Assembly (NCBI GenBank): GCA_963727525.1 | Contig: CAVSGO010000007.1 | Coordinates: 224,001 to 288,000 of the forward strand | Reading direction: 5' to 3' | Source of the DNA: an uncultured bacterium | GTDB taxonomy: Bacteria; Krumholzibacteriota; Krumholzibacteriia; LZORAL124-64-63 | Length of the DNA: 64,000 bases | Shown: positions 47,636 to 57,252 of the stretch, one piece after another | Numbering within the stretch: the stretch's first letter is position 1 | Layout of the letters: the number at the start of each line of letters is the position of its first letter | Program-made: the position numbers and the translations under genes | The notes under the pieces: model-generated | Told to the model about the DNA's origin: nothing | Databases searched by the model: none | The model's input: the letters and a program-made list of their open reading frames with translations, nothing else

Positions 47636-47968
47636 ATGCTACTGACCACCATCGAATCCATCCCGGGCAAGCGAGTCGTCAAGGTCATCGGCATGGTGAA
47701 GGGCAACACCGTGCGCTGCCGCGACATTGGACACGACTTCATGGCCGGGCTGAAGAACATCGTCGGCGGCGAGGTGAGCGACTATACGAAGATGATCGCC
47801 GAGAGCCGCGAGGAGGCGCTGGACCGCATGACGGCGCAGGCGGCGGCGAACGGCGCCAACGCCATCGTGTGCGTGCGATTTGCGACGAGCGAGATCATGA
47901 CACATGCCTCGGAGCTGCTGGCATACGGGACGGCGGTCATCGTCGAGGACGATCTCCCACCGCGCTGA
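47636..47968 (+). CDS. YbjQ (UPF0145) family protein
   Basis: GLKNIVGGE..YTKMIAESREEA, GANAIV, AYGTAV; GGAGG RBS. Confidence 0.9.
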   Translation: MLLTTIESIPGKRVVKVIGMVKGNTVRCRDIGHDFMAGLKNIVGGEVSDYTKMIAESREEALDRMTAQAAANGANAIVCVRFATSEIMTHASELLAYGTAVIVEDDLPPR

Positions 47969-47986
47969 GGATCCGGACGGAGAAAA

Positions 47987-48020
47987 TGAAAGAGCGCCGC
48001 TCACGAGCGGCGCTCTTCAA
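47987..48020. terminator. Bidirectional terminator hairpin
   Basis: AAGAGCGCCGCTC/GAGCGGCGCTCTT inverted repeat between convergent genes. Confidence 0.75.
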
Positions 48021-48052
48021 GTCGCAGCGACCAGGGGACGCCGGCTGCTTTC

Positions 48053-48226
48053 CTACTCCATCACGATGGCGGTCTCGGGGCAGACGTCGACGCACGCCTC
48101 GCAATCGGTGCACTCGTCGGCATTCACGAACGCCTTCCCATCCACCAGGCTGATGCACTCGACGGGACAGGTCTCGATGCAGTCCTCGCACGCTGTGCAC
48201 TTCTCGGGGTTGACTATGGCGGCCAT
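48053..48226 (-). CDS. 2[4Fe-4S] ferredoxin, 57 aa (absent from the ORF track)
   Basis: MAAIVNPEKCTACEDCIETCPVECISLVDGKAFVNADECTDCEACVDVCPETAIVME*; two CxxCxxCxxxCP motifs; GAGGAGG RBS. Confidence 0.95.
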   Translation of the reverse strand: MAAIVNPEKCTACEDCIETCPVECISLVDGKAFVNADECTDCEACVDVCPETAIVME

Positions 48227-48366
48227 TGACTTTCCTCCTCGGCACGGTCATTCCGCAGCCGCACGTCGCGGCCATCTTGCGGCAATAATGGGCAGGCCGG
48301 GCAGCCAAGTCAAATCCGCTCCGGTTGCCTTCAGGAGGCAAAAACGTTGACATGGAAGGGTAGGTT

Positions 48367-48840
48367 TCAGGCGCTCCCGCGTCGCAACAGACGCCCCAGC
48401 GCGAAGCGATCCGAAGCGGCCAGCAACGGCACCAGGGCCGCGGCGAGCAGGATCGCGTCGCGGACGAGTAACGAGACGCCCACCTCGTGCCCGCCCTCGG
48501 TGTGGAAGCAGCCGCAGGAGATATCGAGACCGCGCGCCAGGGCCACGGCGATGGCCACCATGAACACGACGAGCAGAATCACCGCGAGCAGGGCGGCGCC
48601 GCGGCGGGCGACACCGAAGACGAGGGCGAGGCCCAGCACGCACTCCACCATCGGCATGAGCAACGCGAAGGGATGCAGCAGGACGAGGGGGACCATGTGG
48701 TAGTTGTGGATCGCCGTCGCGAAGGCCGCGGGATGCGTGAGCTTGTCGAGGCACGCGTAGAGGAACACGCCACCCACGCCGAGCCGGCAGACGAGCGCCA
48801 GGAGATCGCGCCCCAGCGCGGGTGACGAGGCAGTGGTCAC
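48367..48840 (-). CDS. MauE/DoxX family membrane protein
   Basis: RLGVGGVFLYACLDKLTHP..F, RGLDISCGCF, 4 TM helices. Confidence 0.88.
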   Translation of the reverse strand: MTTASSPALGRDLLALVCRLGVGGVFLYACLDKLTHPAAFATAIHNYHMVPLVLLHPFALLMPMVECVLGLALVFGVARRGAALLAVILLVVFMVAIAVALARGLDISCGCFHTEGGHEVGVSLLVRDAILLAAALVPLLAASDRFALGRLLRRGSA

Positions 48841-49328
48841 GGTGTGTCGCCTCCCATCAGCGGCCCGCCCTCGCGACGCCAGGCCGGCAAGCCGCCGTCG
48901 AGGATCCTGAGGTTCGTGTAGCCGCGTTCGAGGAATCGCGAGGCCGCCGCCGACGCGAGTTGCATCGTGCCGTCGTCGTAGAGAACCAGGGTGTCCTCGG
49001 GATAGATGAAATCGAGCACGGCGGCGAGATCGTCGTCGAACGTGCTGGCGCAGACCGTGAAGGCGCCAGGGATCGTCGACCTGGGATCGTCGGGCCGCGT
49101 GTCGACGAAGAGATCGGTGCCCGCGTCGAAGAGCCCGCGCGCCTCGGCCGCGCTCACCACGGGCGCGGGCAACTTCAGCTCGTAGACCTCGGCCTGGGCG
49201 CGTAGCGGCAGGCGATCAGGGCGCACCAGGGTGACCACCGCGACCAGGACCACGGCGATGCCCACCAGAGCGAGAGCCTGGCGGGTGGCCGTGGCCCATA
49301 TGGCGTGCGGATGGGGACGGGTGGTCAC
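48837..49328 (-). CDS. Membrane-anchored rhodanese-like domain protein
   Basis: N-terminal TM; FVDTRP, IPGA, LDGGLPAW..EGGP; overlaps the MauE start. Confidence 0.8.
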   Translation of the reverse strand: MTTRPHPHAIWATATRQALALVGIAVVLVAVVTLVRPDRLPLRAQAEVYELKLPAPVVSAAEARGLFDAGTDLFVDTRPDDPRSTIPGAFTVCASTFDDDLAAVLDFIYPEDTLVLYDDGTMQLASAAASRFLERGYTNLRILDGGLPAWRREGGPLMGGDTP

Positions 49329-49337
49329 CTGCGGCCT

Positions 49338-50348
49338 CTACAATCGCACCATGTAGCTCACGTGGACCGTGAGTACCGGTGACGACGGCAGATCCGTGTG
49401 GATCGTCAGCTCGCCCTTCATGCGGCCGTGATTGGCCTGCAACGTCGCGTCGTCCTCGGGCAGAGCGTTGCCCTCGATCACGGCCTGCCACTCGGTACCC
49501 GGAATGGAGTTCTTCACGGACGCCTTGAGTCCGGGGATGTCGATCTCCGCGCCGGTCAGGTTGAAGTGCGTGCCCTTGTCATAGGCCCCCACGCGAATCT
49601 GCGAACGCAGCGGTTGCCCGGCCTGAACGTAGTTGAAGTTCACGCGATCGCGGCCAAGGATGAGATCCTGGATCACCATGGCGCCGACCTCGAGCGTCAC
49701 GGTCGGCTCGTCCGCGAGGTTCGTGCCGAGGATCAGCGTGGTGCGCTTGCGCCCCGGCGGCGTGTCGGCGCGCAGCGTGAAATTCACCTTGCTGCGCTGC
49801 TTGTCGCCGTCGACGCCGTTCTTGATGTCCACGTCGACGAAGTCCGGCTTGTCCTTCACCGACATCTTCAGGGCCGGGACGTCCTCCGTCCAGAACGTCC
49901 ATTCCTTCGTGCTGGTGTTGCCCGACTTGGTGACCTCGAAGCCGAGCGAGCGGCCGGGAGGATCGTTGTAAAGCGGCACCTTCACGTCGGCGGTGATCAT
50001 CACGTCGACGTCGCCGAGCTTGGGGTCGTCGGAGAAGATGTTGATGAACTTGGTTTGCGGTCCCTGGAAACTCTTGCTGTTGAAATCGACGGCGATCGTG
50101 GTCGATTCCCCAGGGCCGAGCGTGTCCTTCGCCAGCTCGGCTACGGTGCAGCCGCACGTCGTCTCGACGTTGCGGATATTCAAAGGCGCGTCGCCTTCGT
50201 TGGCGATGGTCAGGGTCGCCTGTTTGGCCTCGTTCTGCTTCATGTCTCCAAAGTCGATATGCAATGGTTCCACCCGGATGACCGGAGCGGCGATGGCGGC
50301 TGCGGCCGTCGTGAGCGAGATGACCAGGGCGATGCTGAGGCTGCGCAT
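49338..50348 (-). CDS. Secreted DUF1573 (Ig-like repeat) protein
   Basis: Signal peptide; IDFGD, N.GDAPL.I..VETTCGCT, KFINIFSDDP. Confidence 0.85.
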   Translation of the reverse strand: MRSLSIALVISLTTAAAAIAAPVIRVEPLHIDFGDMKQNEAKQATLTIANEGDAPLNIRNVETTCGCTVAELAKDTLGPGESTTIAVDFNSKSFQGPQTKFINIFSDDPKLGDVDVMITADVKVPLYNDPPGRSLGFEVTKSGNTSTKEWTFWTEDVPALKMSVKDKPDFVDVDIKNGVDGDKQRSKVNFTLRADTPPGRKRTTLILGTNLADEPTVTLEVGAMVIQDLILGRDRVNFNYVQAGQPLRSQIRVGAYDKGTHFNLTGAEIDIPGLKASVKNSIPGTEWQAVIEGNALPEDDATLQANHGRMKGELTIHTDLPSSPVLTVHVSYMVRL

Positions 50349-50530
50349 GGGTCCCTTCCTCGTGTAGGGCGGTGTGGCAGGTCGCGAGATCCGGGCATGA
50401 ACGTGACCCGTTCGCGAAAGTTCCCCGCCGCCGGTCCCGGCCTCGCGCCGGGGCCCCCCACAATTTTGGCACTTTCCCGTTTCGCGGCAAGCCCTTACGC
50501 TGGAGGCACGTGAACAGGGAGGTGAGCGGG

Positions 50531-51547
50531 ATGCATGGCGACAAGCGCCTGAGCACGCTGACCCGCGGGGCCGGGCTGCTGACGCTCGTCCTTGCCGGCG
50601 GGACGATAGGCTTCATGGTGCTGGAGCGCTACACGCTCCTCGACGCCCTCTACATGACGGTGATCACGATCAGCACGGTCGGATTCGGCGAGGTCCGGCC
50701 GCTCGATCGCAGCGGGCACCTCTTCGTCATCCTCCTCATCATCACCGGGCTGGCCGTGGTCGGCTACACCCTGACCTCGCTGGGCCAGGCGATCGTGGAA
50801 GGCTCCGTCCAGCGCATGTTCTGGAGGCGACGCATGATGCGCGAGATCGAATCGATGCGCGATCACTACATCGTATGCGGCCACGGACGCATGGGGCGCG
50901 TCGTCTGCCGCGAATTGAAGGAGGAGAAGGTCCCGTTCCTGGTCATCGAGCGCGACGCCGACGCGGCCGCGCTCCTGCATGATCGCGGCTATCGCGTGGT
51001 GCAGGGCGATGCCACCGAGGACGAGGTGCTCGCCCGTGCCCGCGTTGACCACGCTCGCGCCCTGGTCTCTGTCGTCTCGCGCGATGTGGACAACCTCTAC
51101 ATCACGCTGTCGGCGCGAGAGATGTGCCGCCAGGATAATGCCGGGCTGTACATCCTCGCCCGGGCGAGCGATGCGCGCGACCGCCGTAAGCTCCAGCACG
51201 CCGGCGCCAACCGCGTGATCTCGGCCGACGAGATCGGGGCCATGCGCATCGTCCAGGCGTTGCTGCGGCCCACGGTCTTCGATTTCATGGAGGTGACGAC
51301 CACCAGCAGCCATCTCGAACTCATGTTCGAGGAGATGACCGTCGGCCCGGCCAATCACCTCGCTGGCAGCAAGTTGCGCGATTCCAGCATCCGGCAGAAC
51401 TATGACGTGATCATCATCGCCGCCAAGAAGGCCGACGGCACCATGGTCTTCAATCCGGGTTCCGAGTACATGCTCGAGGCGGGCGACGTGCTGATCACCC
51501 TGGGCAACAAGGACCAGCTCGGCCGCCTGCGCCGCGCCCTCGCCTGA
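50531..51547 (+). CDS. Potassium channel protein (2TM pore plus RCK/TrkA-N and TrkA-C)
   Basis: Filter TVGFGE, HYIVCGHGRMG, GDAT, FNPG. Confidence 0.92.
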   Translation: MHGDKRLSTLTRGAGLLTLVLAGGTIGFMVLERYTLLDALYMTVITISTVGFGEVRPLDRSGHLFVILLIITGLAVVGYTLTSLGQAIVEGSVQRMFWRRRMMREIESMRDHYIVCGHGRMGRVVCRELKEEKVPFLVIERDADAAALLHDRGYRVVQGDATEDEVLARARVDHARALVSVVSRDVDNLYITLSAREMCRQDNAGLYILARASDARDRRKLQHAGANRVISADEIGAMRIVQALLRPTVFDFMEVTTTSSHLELMFEEMTVGPANHLAGSKLRDSSIRQNYDVIIIAAKKADGTMVFNPGSEYMLEAGDVLITLGNKDQLGRLRRALA

Positions 51548-51609
51548 GGGCGAGCCACCGGATCGCGATCGCACCGGTGGCGGTGTCGCCGGACCGCGTT
51601 AATTTGCTC

Positions 51610-51634
51610 AAAGTTGATCAAGGTGGTCAAGTAT
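51610..51634 (+). promoter_or_regulatory. Putative Rrf2-family (IscR/CymR-like) operator upstream of cysK
   Basis: AAAGTTGATC-AAGGT-GGTCAAGTAT, an imperfect inverted repeat resembling the 25-bp IscR type-1 box; overlaps a TATACT -10-like hexamer. Confidence 0.5.
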
Positions 51635-51653
51635 ACTGTCCAGGAGAGGGCCC

Positions 51654-52625
51654 ATGGCAAGTCGCAAGCCGGCAAACGCAAAGACCCGGACCGGGGAATC
51701 CATTCATGACAGCGTGCTGGAACTGGTGGGCGAGACCCCGCTGGTACGCCTGGCGCGCCTGAACACGACCGATGCGGACGTGGTTCTGAAACTCGAATAC
51801 TACAATCCGATGTCCAGCGTGAAGGATCGGATCGCGCTGTCGATGATCGAGGCCGCGGAGCGCGATGGTTCGCTGCAACCCGGCGGCGAGATCATCGAAC
51901 CGACGAGCGGCAACACCGGCATCGGTCTCGCCTTCGTCGCGGCCGCGCGCGGCTATCGCATCACGCTCACCATGCCCGAGAGCATGTCGCGCGAGCGCCG
52001 CGCGATCCTGCGCGCGCTGGGGGCTGAACTGGTGCTCACCCCGGCGGAGAAGGGCATGGGTGGCGCGATCGCCGAGGCCAGTGCGTTGCAGGAGGCGCGG
52101 CCGGGATCGTTCATGCCGCAGCAGTTCGCCAATCCCGCCAACCCGGATGCGCACTACCGCACGACCGCCGAGGAGATCTGGCGCGACACCGGTGGCCACG
52201 TGGACGTGCTCGTGGCCGGGGTCGGCACCGGCGGCACTATCACAGGAGCCGGTCGTCGACTCAAGGAGCTGAACCCGCAGCTGCGGTGCGTGGCCGTGGA
52301 GCCCTCCGCATCGCCCGTGCTGTCGGGCGGCAAGTCGGGGCCGCACAAGATTCAGGGCATCGGTGCCGGATTCGTGCCCGAGATCCTGGACGTGGACGTC
52401 ATCGACGAGATCGTCACCGTCGACGACTCCCAGGCACTCGCGATGGCGCGGGAGGCCGCGCGGCGCGAGGGGCTGTTCATCGGCATCAGCAGCGGGGCGG
52501 CCTTGCATGCGGCGCTCGGCCTCGCGGCGCGGCCGGAGTTCGCGAAGAAACGCATCGTCACCATCATCCCGAGCTTCGGCGAGCGGTACCTGTCGTCGGT
52601 CCTCTACGCCGATCTCATGGACTAG
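51654..52625 (+). CDS. cysK: Cysteine synthase A
   Basis: [50 protein letters not shown]. Confidence 0.96.
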   Translation: MASRKPANAKTRTGESIHDSVLELVGETPLVRLARLNTTDADVVLKLEYYNPMSSVKDRIALSMIEAAERDGSLQPGGEIIEPTSGNTGIGLAFVAAARGYRITLTMPESMSRERRAILRALGAELVLTPAEKGMGGAIAEASALQEARPGSFMPQQFANPANPDAHYRTTAEEIWRDTGGHVDVLVAGVGTGGTITGAGRRLKELNPQLRCVAVEPSASPVLSGGKSGPHKIQGIGAGFVPEILDVDVIDEIVTVDDSQALAMAREAARREGLFIGISSGAALHAALGLAARPEFAKKRIVTIIPSFGERYLSSVLYADLMD

Positions 52626-52684
52626 GCCACGTCGCACCTGGGCGCGTTCCAGGCGCCGGGTCCTCCGGCCGGAAGGGTGGGCGC

Positions 52685-53617
52685 ATGACCGAGCAGGAAC
52701 GCAGCCGGCGGATCCGTGAGCTGGCCGGCCGGCTGGCGGCCACGTATCGCGATATGGGGCAGATCAACCGCATCGGCGAGGAGAACCTGCCGTCTCGCGA
52801 CATGATCGTGCAGCTCGTGGAACGCCTGCTCACGCTCGTCTTCCCGGGGTATTTCGGCGAACGCGTCCCGCGCGACACGGATCTCGAGCTTTTTGCCGCC
52901 AGCATCCTCGATCGGCTGGCCGTCGATCTGGCCGAGGTGATCGAGCAGACGCTTCTATTCTGCTGCCGGCACCCGTGCTCGTGCTCCCAGCTCTGGGCAC
53001 CGGGCGCCGACGGCGACCTCGCGCACGATATCGCCATGGTCTCGCGCCGCCTCTCCCTCGACTATCTCGACCAGCTTCCGGATGTGCGCATCGCCCTGCG
53101 GCAAGATGTGCAGGCGGCCTACGAGGGCGATCCGGCGGCTGTGAACACGGACGAGATCATCCTCTGCTATCCCGGCACCTTCGCCATCGCGGTCTATCGC
53201 CTCGCGCACGCGCTGCACCGGCTCGGCGTACCCCTGGCGCCGCGTATCATGACGGAGTGGGCGCATCATCGTACGGGCGTGGACATCCATCCCGGCGCGC
53301 GCATTGCGCCGGCCTTCTTCATCGACCACGGCACGGGCGTGGTCATCGGCGAGACCACCGAGATCGGCGAGCGGGTCAAGCTGTACCAGGGTGTCACCCT
53401 GGGGGCGCGCAGCTTCCCGAGGCTGCCCGACGGCACCCTCGTCAAGGGCGGCAAGCGCCACCCCACGGTGGAGGACGATGTCACGATCTACGCGAACGCC
53501 ACCATTCTCGGCGGCGAGACGGTGATCGGCCGCGGCGCCGTCATCGGGGGCGGCGCCTGGATCACCAGCAGCGTGCCTCCCGGCACGACCGTGCTCAAGA
53601 ACACGATCCACGCGTGA
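52685..53617 (+). CDS. cysE: Serine O-acetyltransferase
   Basis: GDPAA, YPG, TGVDIHPGA, FIDHGTGVVIGET, YQGVTLG, KRHPT; next to cysK. Confidence 0.92.
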   Translation: MTEQERSRRIRELAGRLAATYRDMGQINRIGEENLPSRDMIVQLVERLLTLVFPGYFGERVPRDTDLELFAASILDRLAVDLAEVIEQTLLFCCRHPCSCSQLWAPGADGDLAHDIAMVSRRLSLDYLDQLPDVRIALRQDVQAAYEGDPAAVNTDEIILCYPGTFAIAVYRLAHALHRLGVPLAPRIMTEWAHHRTGVDIHPGARIAPAFFIDHGTGVVIGETTEIGERVKLYQGVTLGARSFPRLPDGTLVKGGKRHPTVEDDVTIYANATILGGETVIGRGAVIGGGAWITSSVPPGTTVLKNTIHA

Positions 53618-53719
53618 CGGTTGGCCCCGCATTGAGGGTTCGCTCAGGGTGTGGTATCCTGTCGGACAGGTCGGCCAGGGGAACCGACCATGAGCCCTTC
53701 AGCCGCGAGGTTCTGCTGC

Positions 53720-55774
53720 ATGCATCCACGTCGTGACTTCCGTCAGGCGCCGCTGGTCGGTGCGTTGATGCTCCTCGTCCTGATGGCGCCGGCCACGGCC
53801 GCGCACGCCTGGCCCGATCACGATCCCAAAGCTCCACCGCCGGACGCGCCGGCCACGCGGGATGCCTGGGAACATAAGATGCTGCCCGCCGGCAATCCCG
53901 AGCATGGCGACGCCGTGGTCACGAGCGACCGCTACGACGTGCGGCGCTACGATCTCGACCTTCGCATCAGTCCCGAGGACACGACCGTCGCCGGCGTGGT
54001 CACGATGATCTTCACCAGCAAGGTGGCCGGGCTCGCGTCGTGCGTGCTCGACTTCGCCAATCGTGGGCTCGATGTCGACGGCGTCAGCGACGGCTCCGGC
54101 GCGCGGCCTTTCGTGCACCAGGGCGACTCGCTCAGCGTCAGCCTGCGCGCACCGCTGGCTGCGGGCGACGTCGACTCGCTGCGCATCGCCTACAGCGGAC
54201 GGCCCGGGAGCCCCGCCGCCGACCGCGGACTCTTCTGGCGCGAGCACTTCCACTGGATTCCGTCCGAGGAGCAGACCGTCGACGGCGGCCGCGCGATCGC
54301 GAACATGAGCGAACCTTCCTATGCGCGTTACTGGTGGCCATGCAAGGATCGGCCCGATGACAAGGCCGACACCGTCCGGGTGGCCGTGACGGTACCCGAC
54401 ACGCTGGAAGTGGCGAGCAACGGGCGGCGCATGGGCGTAACGCCGGCCGAACCCGGCTGGCGCACGACGACCTGGCTCTCCACCTATCCGATCGCGACGT
54501 ACCTCGTGAGCGTGGCGGTGAGCAACTACGCCTACTGGGAAGACGCGTGCACCACGGCGCTCACCACCGACCTGCCGCTCGTGAGCTACGTCTTCCAGCA
54601 ACACCTGGCGAACTCACATGTCGAATTCGCTCCTCTTTGCGACATGATCGACGCCTGCGAGAGCTGGTTCGGCGCGTATCCGTTTGCGCGGGAGAAGTAC
54701 GGTCATGCCGAATTCGTCTGGGGCGGTGCCATGGAACATCAGACCTGTACGAGTCTGGGCGCCGCTTACCTCAACGGGTCGGGCGAATCGAATGCCGAGG
54801 GCGTCATCGTCCACGAACTCGGTCACCAGTGGTTCGGCGATTCCCTCACTCCCGACACCTGGGCCGACATCTGGCTGAATGAGGGCTTCGCCACGTACGC
54901 GGAGGCGCTATGGGCGAGCCGCCAGGATCCTGCTTCGGGCTATCAGGACTACATGAGCGGGATCCGCGATTTCTATGACTGGGTTGGTGACAGCCAGGTG
55001 TACGATCCCGTGCCCGTGTTCCCGGGTTGGGTGATCTACCGCAAGGGCGCCTGGATCCTGCACATGGTGCGCGGTCGCCTCGGCGACGACGCGTTCTTCG
55101 CCATGCTGGAAGACTGGGCCACGGGCGGGGGCCGGCCGTACCACACGGTCACCACCGAGGAATTCATCGACCACGCCAGCTCCTACGCCGGGGAGGATCT
55201 CCACGGGTTTTTCGATCCCTACCTGAAGACGACCGCGTTGCCGCAGGTACGCCTGGCCACGACGATCGCGGACGGACCACGCGGCGCGCAGACACGCCTG
55301 CACGTGGAACTGCAGCAGGTGCAGATGCCGCTTTTCGACAACGTGTATCCCATCCGGGTGGCCACGGCGGCCGGCGATACCACGCTGCGCGTGCGCCTCG
55401 CCGCCGCCAGCGCCGCCACGGTCGTCGACGTCGCCGCGGCCGTGCAGACGGTGACGCTGGATCCCGAGCACTGGGTGCTCTGGCAGAGCACCCGCAGTGG
55501 TCTGCCCCTGCTGGCCGTGCATCCCAATCCCAGCGCCGCGGACGTCACGATCACCTACCGTACGGCGCAGGCACAGGACGTCACATTGAACGTGTACGAC
55601 GTGCGCGGGCGGCTGGTGCGTTCCCTGAATCGGGGCATCATGGCGCCGGGCGAGCATCAGGACACCTGGGATGGGTACGACGACACCAGCCGGCGCGTCG
55701 CGAGCGGCGTCTACTGGATCACGGTGGAGATCGATGGCCGTCGCCAGGTCGGGCGCGTCACGATCGTGCGTTGA
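53720..55774 (+). CDS. Secreted M1 aminopeptidase with C-terminal FlgD/CTD-like domain
   Basis: GAMEHQT, VHELGHQWFGD...WLNEGFA, YRKGA; C-terminal PNP...YDVRGRLVR...WDG..ASGVY; start uncertain (53651-53768). Confidence 0.9.
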   Translation: MHPRRDFRQAPLVGALMLLVLMAPATAAHAWPDHDPKAPPPDAPATRDAWEHKMLPAGNPEHGDAVVTSDRYDVRRYDLDLRISPEDTTVAGVVTMIFTSKVAGLASCVLDFANRGLDVDGVSDGSGARPFVHQGDSLSVSLRAPLAAGDVDSLRIAYSGRPGSPAADRGLFWREHFHWIPSEEQTVDGGRAIANMSEPSYARYWWPCKDRPDDKADTVRVAVTVPDTLEVASNGRRMGVTPAEPGWRTTTWLSTYPIATYLVSVAVSNYAYWEDACTTALTTDLPLVSYVFQQHLANSHVEFAPLCDMIDACESWFGAYPFAREKYGHAEFVWGGAMEHQTCTSLGAAYLNGSGESNAEGVIVHELGHQWFGDSLTPDTWADIWLNEGFATYAEALWASRQDPASGYQDYMSGIRDFYDWVGDSQVYDPVPVFPGWVIYRKGAWILHMVRGRLGDDAFFAMLEDWATGGGRPYHTVTTEEFIDHASSYAGEDLHGFFDPYLKTTALPQVRLATTIADGPRGAQTRLHVELQQVQMPLFDNVYPIRVATAAGDTTLRVRLAAASAATVVDVAAAVQTVTLDPEHWVLWQSTRSGLPLLAVHPNPSAADVTITYRTAQAQDVTLNVYDVRGRLVRSLNRGIMAPGEHQDTWDGYDDTSRRVASGVYWITVEIDGRRQVGRVTIVR

Positions 55775-55784
55775 GGCGCGGTCG

Positions 55785-57245
55785 TCAGGGCGCGTCGGCC
55801 ACGGCCCAGGACGTGCGGAAGGCCAGGCGCACGAGATCCGCATAGAGGGCGCCATCGAGCGTGACCGGTCGGTCGGCGGGCTGGTGCAGGTACGTGTAGC
55901 TATTCGTCGTCACCCAGTACAGCGTGCGCACGCCGAGATCGGCGAATGGTTGCGCGTCGGCGCCGCCCGATTTCCAGGTAGCCTTCACCATGCGGCGCGC
56001 ATGGGAGGCATCGAGTTCGCGTGCCAGACGCCAGAGTTCCGGCGCGCCGTCGCCGCCTCCCACCTTGATGCTGTCGCCATGGGCCACGCAATCCAGATTG
56101 AACATCGCTGTCGTGTGATCGAGCGCCACGAAGGGGTGCGCGGCGTGGAAGCGTGAACCCTCGAGGCCCGATTCCTCGCTCGCGAAGAGCACGAACACGA
56201 CGGTGCGCGCCGGCGGGCGGTCGGCCCGCGCGAAGGCCGCGGACAGGGCAAGCACGGCGGAGGCGCCCGAGGCATTGTCGTTGGCGCCGGGGAAGGTGAC
56301 GTCGGGCGACTGCCGGCCCACGTGATCGAGGTGGCCACCGATGACGAGGGCCTCGTCGCGGCGTATCGGGTCGCTGCCCGGTAACACGGCGACCACGTTC
56401 CAGGTGGGGTGTTGCGTTTCGTAGCGGGCCTGTACCGCCAGGTCGACGGATGCCGGGAGCGCGAAGGACTGTGGGCGGTGGTCGGCGTCGATCCGACGGC
56501 GCAGCCGGCGCGCGTCGCCGGCGCCGCCGAGCAACCGGTCGGCGACGGTCTCGCCAATCTCCAGGTGCGGGAAGTCCGGGTGGTGATCGCCGTCGCCGTG
56601 CAGCACGCTGCCGATGGGCACGGGCGGCGGCGCGTCGGCTGCACTCGGGGCGTCGACCCAGAGCAGGGCGACCGCGCCGTGCGCGATGGCGGTGGCCGCT
56701 CTGGCGCGGGGCGTGGCGCTCTGTGCGGACCATCCTGCGTCGTCCAGCGTCCAGTCGGGATTCCGCTTGAAACACAGGGCCACCTTGCCGCGGATATCGA
56801 CGCCGGCATAGTCGTCGAAACCGCGGTCGGCCTCGCTCAGCCCGTAGCCCACGAAGACCACCGGGGCTGCCACCGCGCCGCTGCCCGTGAATCCACGGCA
56901 GGTGAAATCGGGGCCGAGTGCGCAGGTCGTCCACGCACCGTCGTGGCAACGTACGCTCAGACGCGGCGTGCCCACGATCGCGTTGTACTCGATGGTGAGG
57001 GTTTGCAAGTATCCGTCGTCGCCCCCGGGTTGCAGACCGAGCGCAGCGAATCGATCGGCCGCCCAGCGCGCGGCGGCCAGGTAACCGTCCGATCCCGACA
57101 GGCGCCCGCCGTATTGCGGACCGGCGAGGTGCGTCACATCGGCCAGCAGTCCGTCGGCGGTGATGGCCGCGACGCCGGCATCCGGCGCCTGCGCGTGCGC
57201 GAGGTTCGCGACCATGAACAGCGTCAGGATGAGCCAGCAGCGCAT
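55785..57245 (-). CDS. Secreted M28 peptidase with PA domain
   Basis: Signal peptide; VFVGYG..DDY, GGHLDH, PGANDNASG, SEESGL, NLDC, YLHQPAD. Confidence 0.9.
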   Translation of the reverse strand: MRCWLILTLFMVANLAHAQAPDAGVAAITADGLLADVTHLAGPQYGGRLSGSDGYLAAARWAADRFAALGLQPGGDDGYLQTLTIEYNAIVGTPRLSVRCHDGAWTTCALGPDFTCRGFTGSGAVAAPVVFVGYGLSEADRGFDDYAGVDIRGKVALCFKRNPDWTLDDAGWSAQSATPRARAATAIAHGAVALLWVDAPSAADAPPPVPIGSVLHGDGDHHPDFPHLEIGETVADRLLGGAGDARRLRRRIDADHRPQSFALPASVDLAVQARYETQHPTWNVVAVLPGSDPIRRDEALVIGGHLDHVGRQSPDVTFPGANDNASGASAVLALSAAFARADRPPARTVVFVLFASEESGLEGSRFHAAHPFVALDHTTAMFNLDCVAHGDSIKVGGGDGAPELWRLARELDASHARRMVKATWKSGGADAQPFADLGVRTLYWVTTNSYTYLHQPADRPVTLDGALYADLVRLAFRTSWAVADAP

Positions 57246-57252
57246 CGCGTCT

